Both the position numbers and the translations under genes were made by a program. The notes below the pieces were generated by a model that was given only the letters and a program-made list of their open reading frames with translations, was not told the origin of the DNA and did no database searches. Source: Torpedo marmorata (taxonomy: Eukaryota). From it: 64,000 nucleotides of DNA. How positions within the stretch are numbered: the first letter of the stretch is position 1; each line of letters starts with the position of its first letter. Below are positions 61,163 through 64,000 of this stretch, one piece after another. Location: NCBI GenBank assembly GCA_977017645.1, contig OZ360236.1, positions 71,238,001 through 71,302,000 on the forward strand. The letters run 5' to 3'.

Positions 61163-62184
61163 GCAGCAATAGAAATTCACCAAGACAGTATTATTTTTAA
61201 AAATAATATATTTTTATTTATAACTACTAATTCTATAACACACTAAGTAACTTAATCCCAACTATGCGCGAATATACTTATATGTGTTGGTGTGTGTGTG
61301 TTGGATTCCGAAACCATTACAGCTTAGACACAATTCTGGAAAGTCATTCCAAAGTCAGTCTTAGAAATCCAGTGTTGAAACGTAGACTTTTAAACTGATG
61401 CACTGAAGTAATCACGAAGGAGGTGGGAGAGACTGAGTGACCAGACTGCCGAAAACTCACAAATCCTTGTTGAGTTGCTTCCAGAGAAATGTTCTTTCTC
61501 ACGAACGATTGTCACAACTCCCCTTTTCCTTGCGTAGGGGAAACGAAACGTGTGACTTCTACTATGCTTCCAAAAACCCTGGCACAGGTCAGTCGAAGTG
61601 ACATTTCTTTTGGTCATGGTGTGGTTCAATGAGTCCCCTTTAAAATGACCTTTCCTTTGGTCATGGTGGGGTTCAATAATTCCCTTGACAGGGAGAATCA
61701 GCCAAATTCTCCATTTCACACAGTCACTCCAGCACAGTGTTCCTTCAGATGGCTGCTGATCACAAAGTGTGCTGTTCCTTTTAGGTTTCACTCACATGTC
61801 TCTCTCTCCACATGTCCCTGGATAAAAGCAACAAATGTTCTTTTGCTTCCTCCAGAGGATCAGCTTTGGGCACAGTCTGTACCTGATTGTTGCCACTCCA
61901 GTCTCTGTGCAGTTGTGAATGGTCGCAGTCTGTACTAACCCTTAAAGTGACAGTCACTAAATGAAACGGGAGCTCATAATACATTAAAGCCAAAACCTCT
62001 ACATTCATCACAAAAGCACATTTCATAATGGCCCTAATTTCTCCTTTAAAAAGTTTCAGTAACACTGTAATATTTTCCATTTTAAAACTCCTATGAATCC
62101 ATGGTTGGTTTGAGGCTACTATCTTTCAGTGGAAGAGATAGGAGCTGATCTTGGAGGTCCATCTCAAACATTGTGGAATGGAGG

Positions 62185-63350
62185 AGATGCAAGGGACTGT
62201 GTATGCTGAAGTCTGGAACAAAATAAAAAAGAACGACTGAAGGAACTCAGCAGGTCCTGCAGCACTTTAGAGGCAGAAGGATGGTCGCTGGTTGAGACCG
62301 TGCATCAGGACTGAGAGTGCAAAGAGAGAAATTCAGTATAAAAAGATGAGGGAGGAGGGATGGGACAGGAGCTGGCAAGTGACAAGTGGATCCAGGTGAA
62401 GAATGGTTGACAGGCAGACATGCCAGATGGGGGAGAGAGGGGTGGAGATAGTGATCGAGGCTGGGAGATAATTGGAAACAACAAAGCGGCTGCAGATAAT
62501 AGAATCTAATAAGAAAGGTAATGAATGGAACCAAATAAGGGAGAGACAACAGATGAGATCAGTACAGGGAAGGGATAGGGTACCCGATAGTTTGAGTGTG
62601 TGGGTGAAAGGTAGATTAAAGCAGGTGGGGAGAGGAAAGAAAATGGATAACAGGGAGAAGGGGAGGGGTTGAAAGAGAGGACCCAGGTAGGTCAGGAGAC
62701 AGAAAGGAACAGAGGTTACCTGAAATTGGAAAATTCAATATTTATGCCCTCAGCTTGTACACTGCCCAAGCAGAATATGAGGCGTAGTTTCTCCAGTTTG
62801 CATTTGGCTTCACCTAGCAGTGGAGCAGGCCAACAACATACAGATCAGTGTGGGAATGGGGAGGGGAAAAAATGGCTTGCAACCAGGAGCTCAAGATGAC
62901 CACTGCAGATAGAGTGCTGGTGCTTGGCACTTGGTCTTGCCAGTGTAGAGGAGGCCACATTAAGACATTTCCTTCAACCTTATCTATACAGAGATAGAGT
63001 TCCTTTGACTCTTACCTTTCACCCTACCAGCCTCTAAATCCAGCTACAATACAATCTCAGTCACATCTTCCCCTCCACAATAGTTTCTGCTTTGCACAGG
63101 ATCACTGACTCCCTGGTTTGTTCATCCCTCCCCATCAGTAGGTACTTTCACCTGGAACCATAGGTGGTGAAACACCTGTCCCTACACCACTATCCAGACA
63201 CCCAAATAGAACCTTCCAGGAGAGGCAGGGATTCACATTCCCCTCCTCCAACATCATCTACTGTATTCAATATTGTCTCCACTACATCGGCAAAATCAAG
63301 TGCAGGTGAGGCAAACACTTTGCTGGGTATCTGTGCTCTTCAGCAATTTG
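62185..63350. mobile_element. Old Penelope-like element, again with inverted halves
   Basis: A pLTR end (GGAACTCAGCAGGTC, CATCAGGAC) and GIY-YIG C-terminal remnant lie on the minus strand to about 62960. A degraded plus-strand Penelope sequence follows. Confidence 0.6.
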
Positions 63351-64000
63351 GCATCACATTTTTAGCTATGACTGGTGCTGTTCCTGGCATGCTCTTCTAA
63401 ACACTTCATTGAAACAGGATTAGTCGCATGCTTTGATTAAGGTAATATACTGGACCATTGCAGATTGTGGCGAAAGATGTGAGCTTTGAGCTGCTAAATC
63501 TATTTTCCCATTTAGAACAATGAAGGAGCCACATAACATCATGGAGTGTGTCCTTAGTATGAAGATAATCCCTCATACCAATACTGTCATGGTCAGAGGC
63601 TTTTGAGACAGATAGGTTGCTGAGGATGAGGTCAGTAGGTTTCTCCCTGATATTGGTTCTCTTGCCCGCTCCTGCTATAATTGTGATCTCTACCCTTATA
63701 GACAGCCATCTTTGCCATTAGTGGTGTTACCATGTCATCTCTGCTGATGGGCGAAGAAAATCCCCCACCCTAGAGTAAATTTTGTTCTCTTGCCACTCTT
63801 AGTGTGTCTTGCAAGTGTTGCTCAACATCTTTTGTGCCCTTGTGTCACCTGATTTTTTGACGTTTTCATGAATTGCACTCAATGTTGAGGATTCCTAAAG
63901 CCATTATTTCCTGGTTATATTCCAGTATCCACACCTTTAGCAAATTTGTCCAGACTGATCTGCCTGGCTAAATTATGGCACAGTGTATCCTATTTTGTCT

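Larger units (their letters stand above)
55352..61981 (-). mobile_element. Gmr1-like Gypsy LTR retrotransposon (gag-PR-IN-RT-RH), disabled
   Basis: ~830-bp LTRs (55352-56184 and about 61160-61981), 4-bp TSD CATT, PPT GGGGGGAGG, tRNA-Pro PBS, and integrase upstream of RT. Confidence 0.93.

Overview
Vertebrate genomic DNA, most likely from a cartilaginous fish (ray or shark); this is inferred from the repeat repertoire only. The window holds four internal coding exons of PCIF1/CAPAM (cap-specific m6Am methyltransferase) on the minus strand: 54630-54792, 17823-17995, 10213-10299 and 6855-7039. All have canonical GT-AG sites and compatible phases; both ends of the gene lie outside the window. The introns are mostly transposons: Rex1/Babar, CR1 and L1 LINEs (including a multi-level nested L1 stack and one intact 1265-aa ORF2), fold-back Penelope-like elements with hammerhead-type motifs, V-SINEs, Tc1/pogo MITEs, a Gmr1-type Gypsy element, two inverted solo LTRs flanking one exon, and BEL/Pao elements. 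Two observations stand out. (1) A young non-autonomous BEL/Pao element (25552-31192) has RT/RNaseH/integrase core replaced in frame by a coiled-coil segment resembling host MIPOL1. (2) Two divergent BEL elements lack a tRNA primer-binding site and instead show an 11-nt LTR/leader complementarity with five compensatory base-pair changes, suggesting tRNA-independent self-priming.
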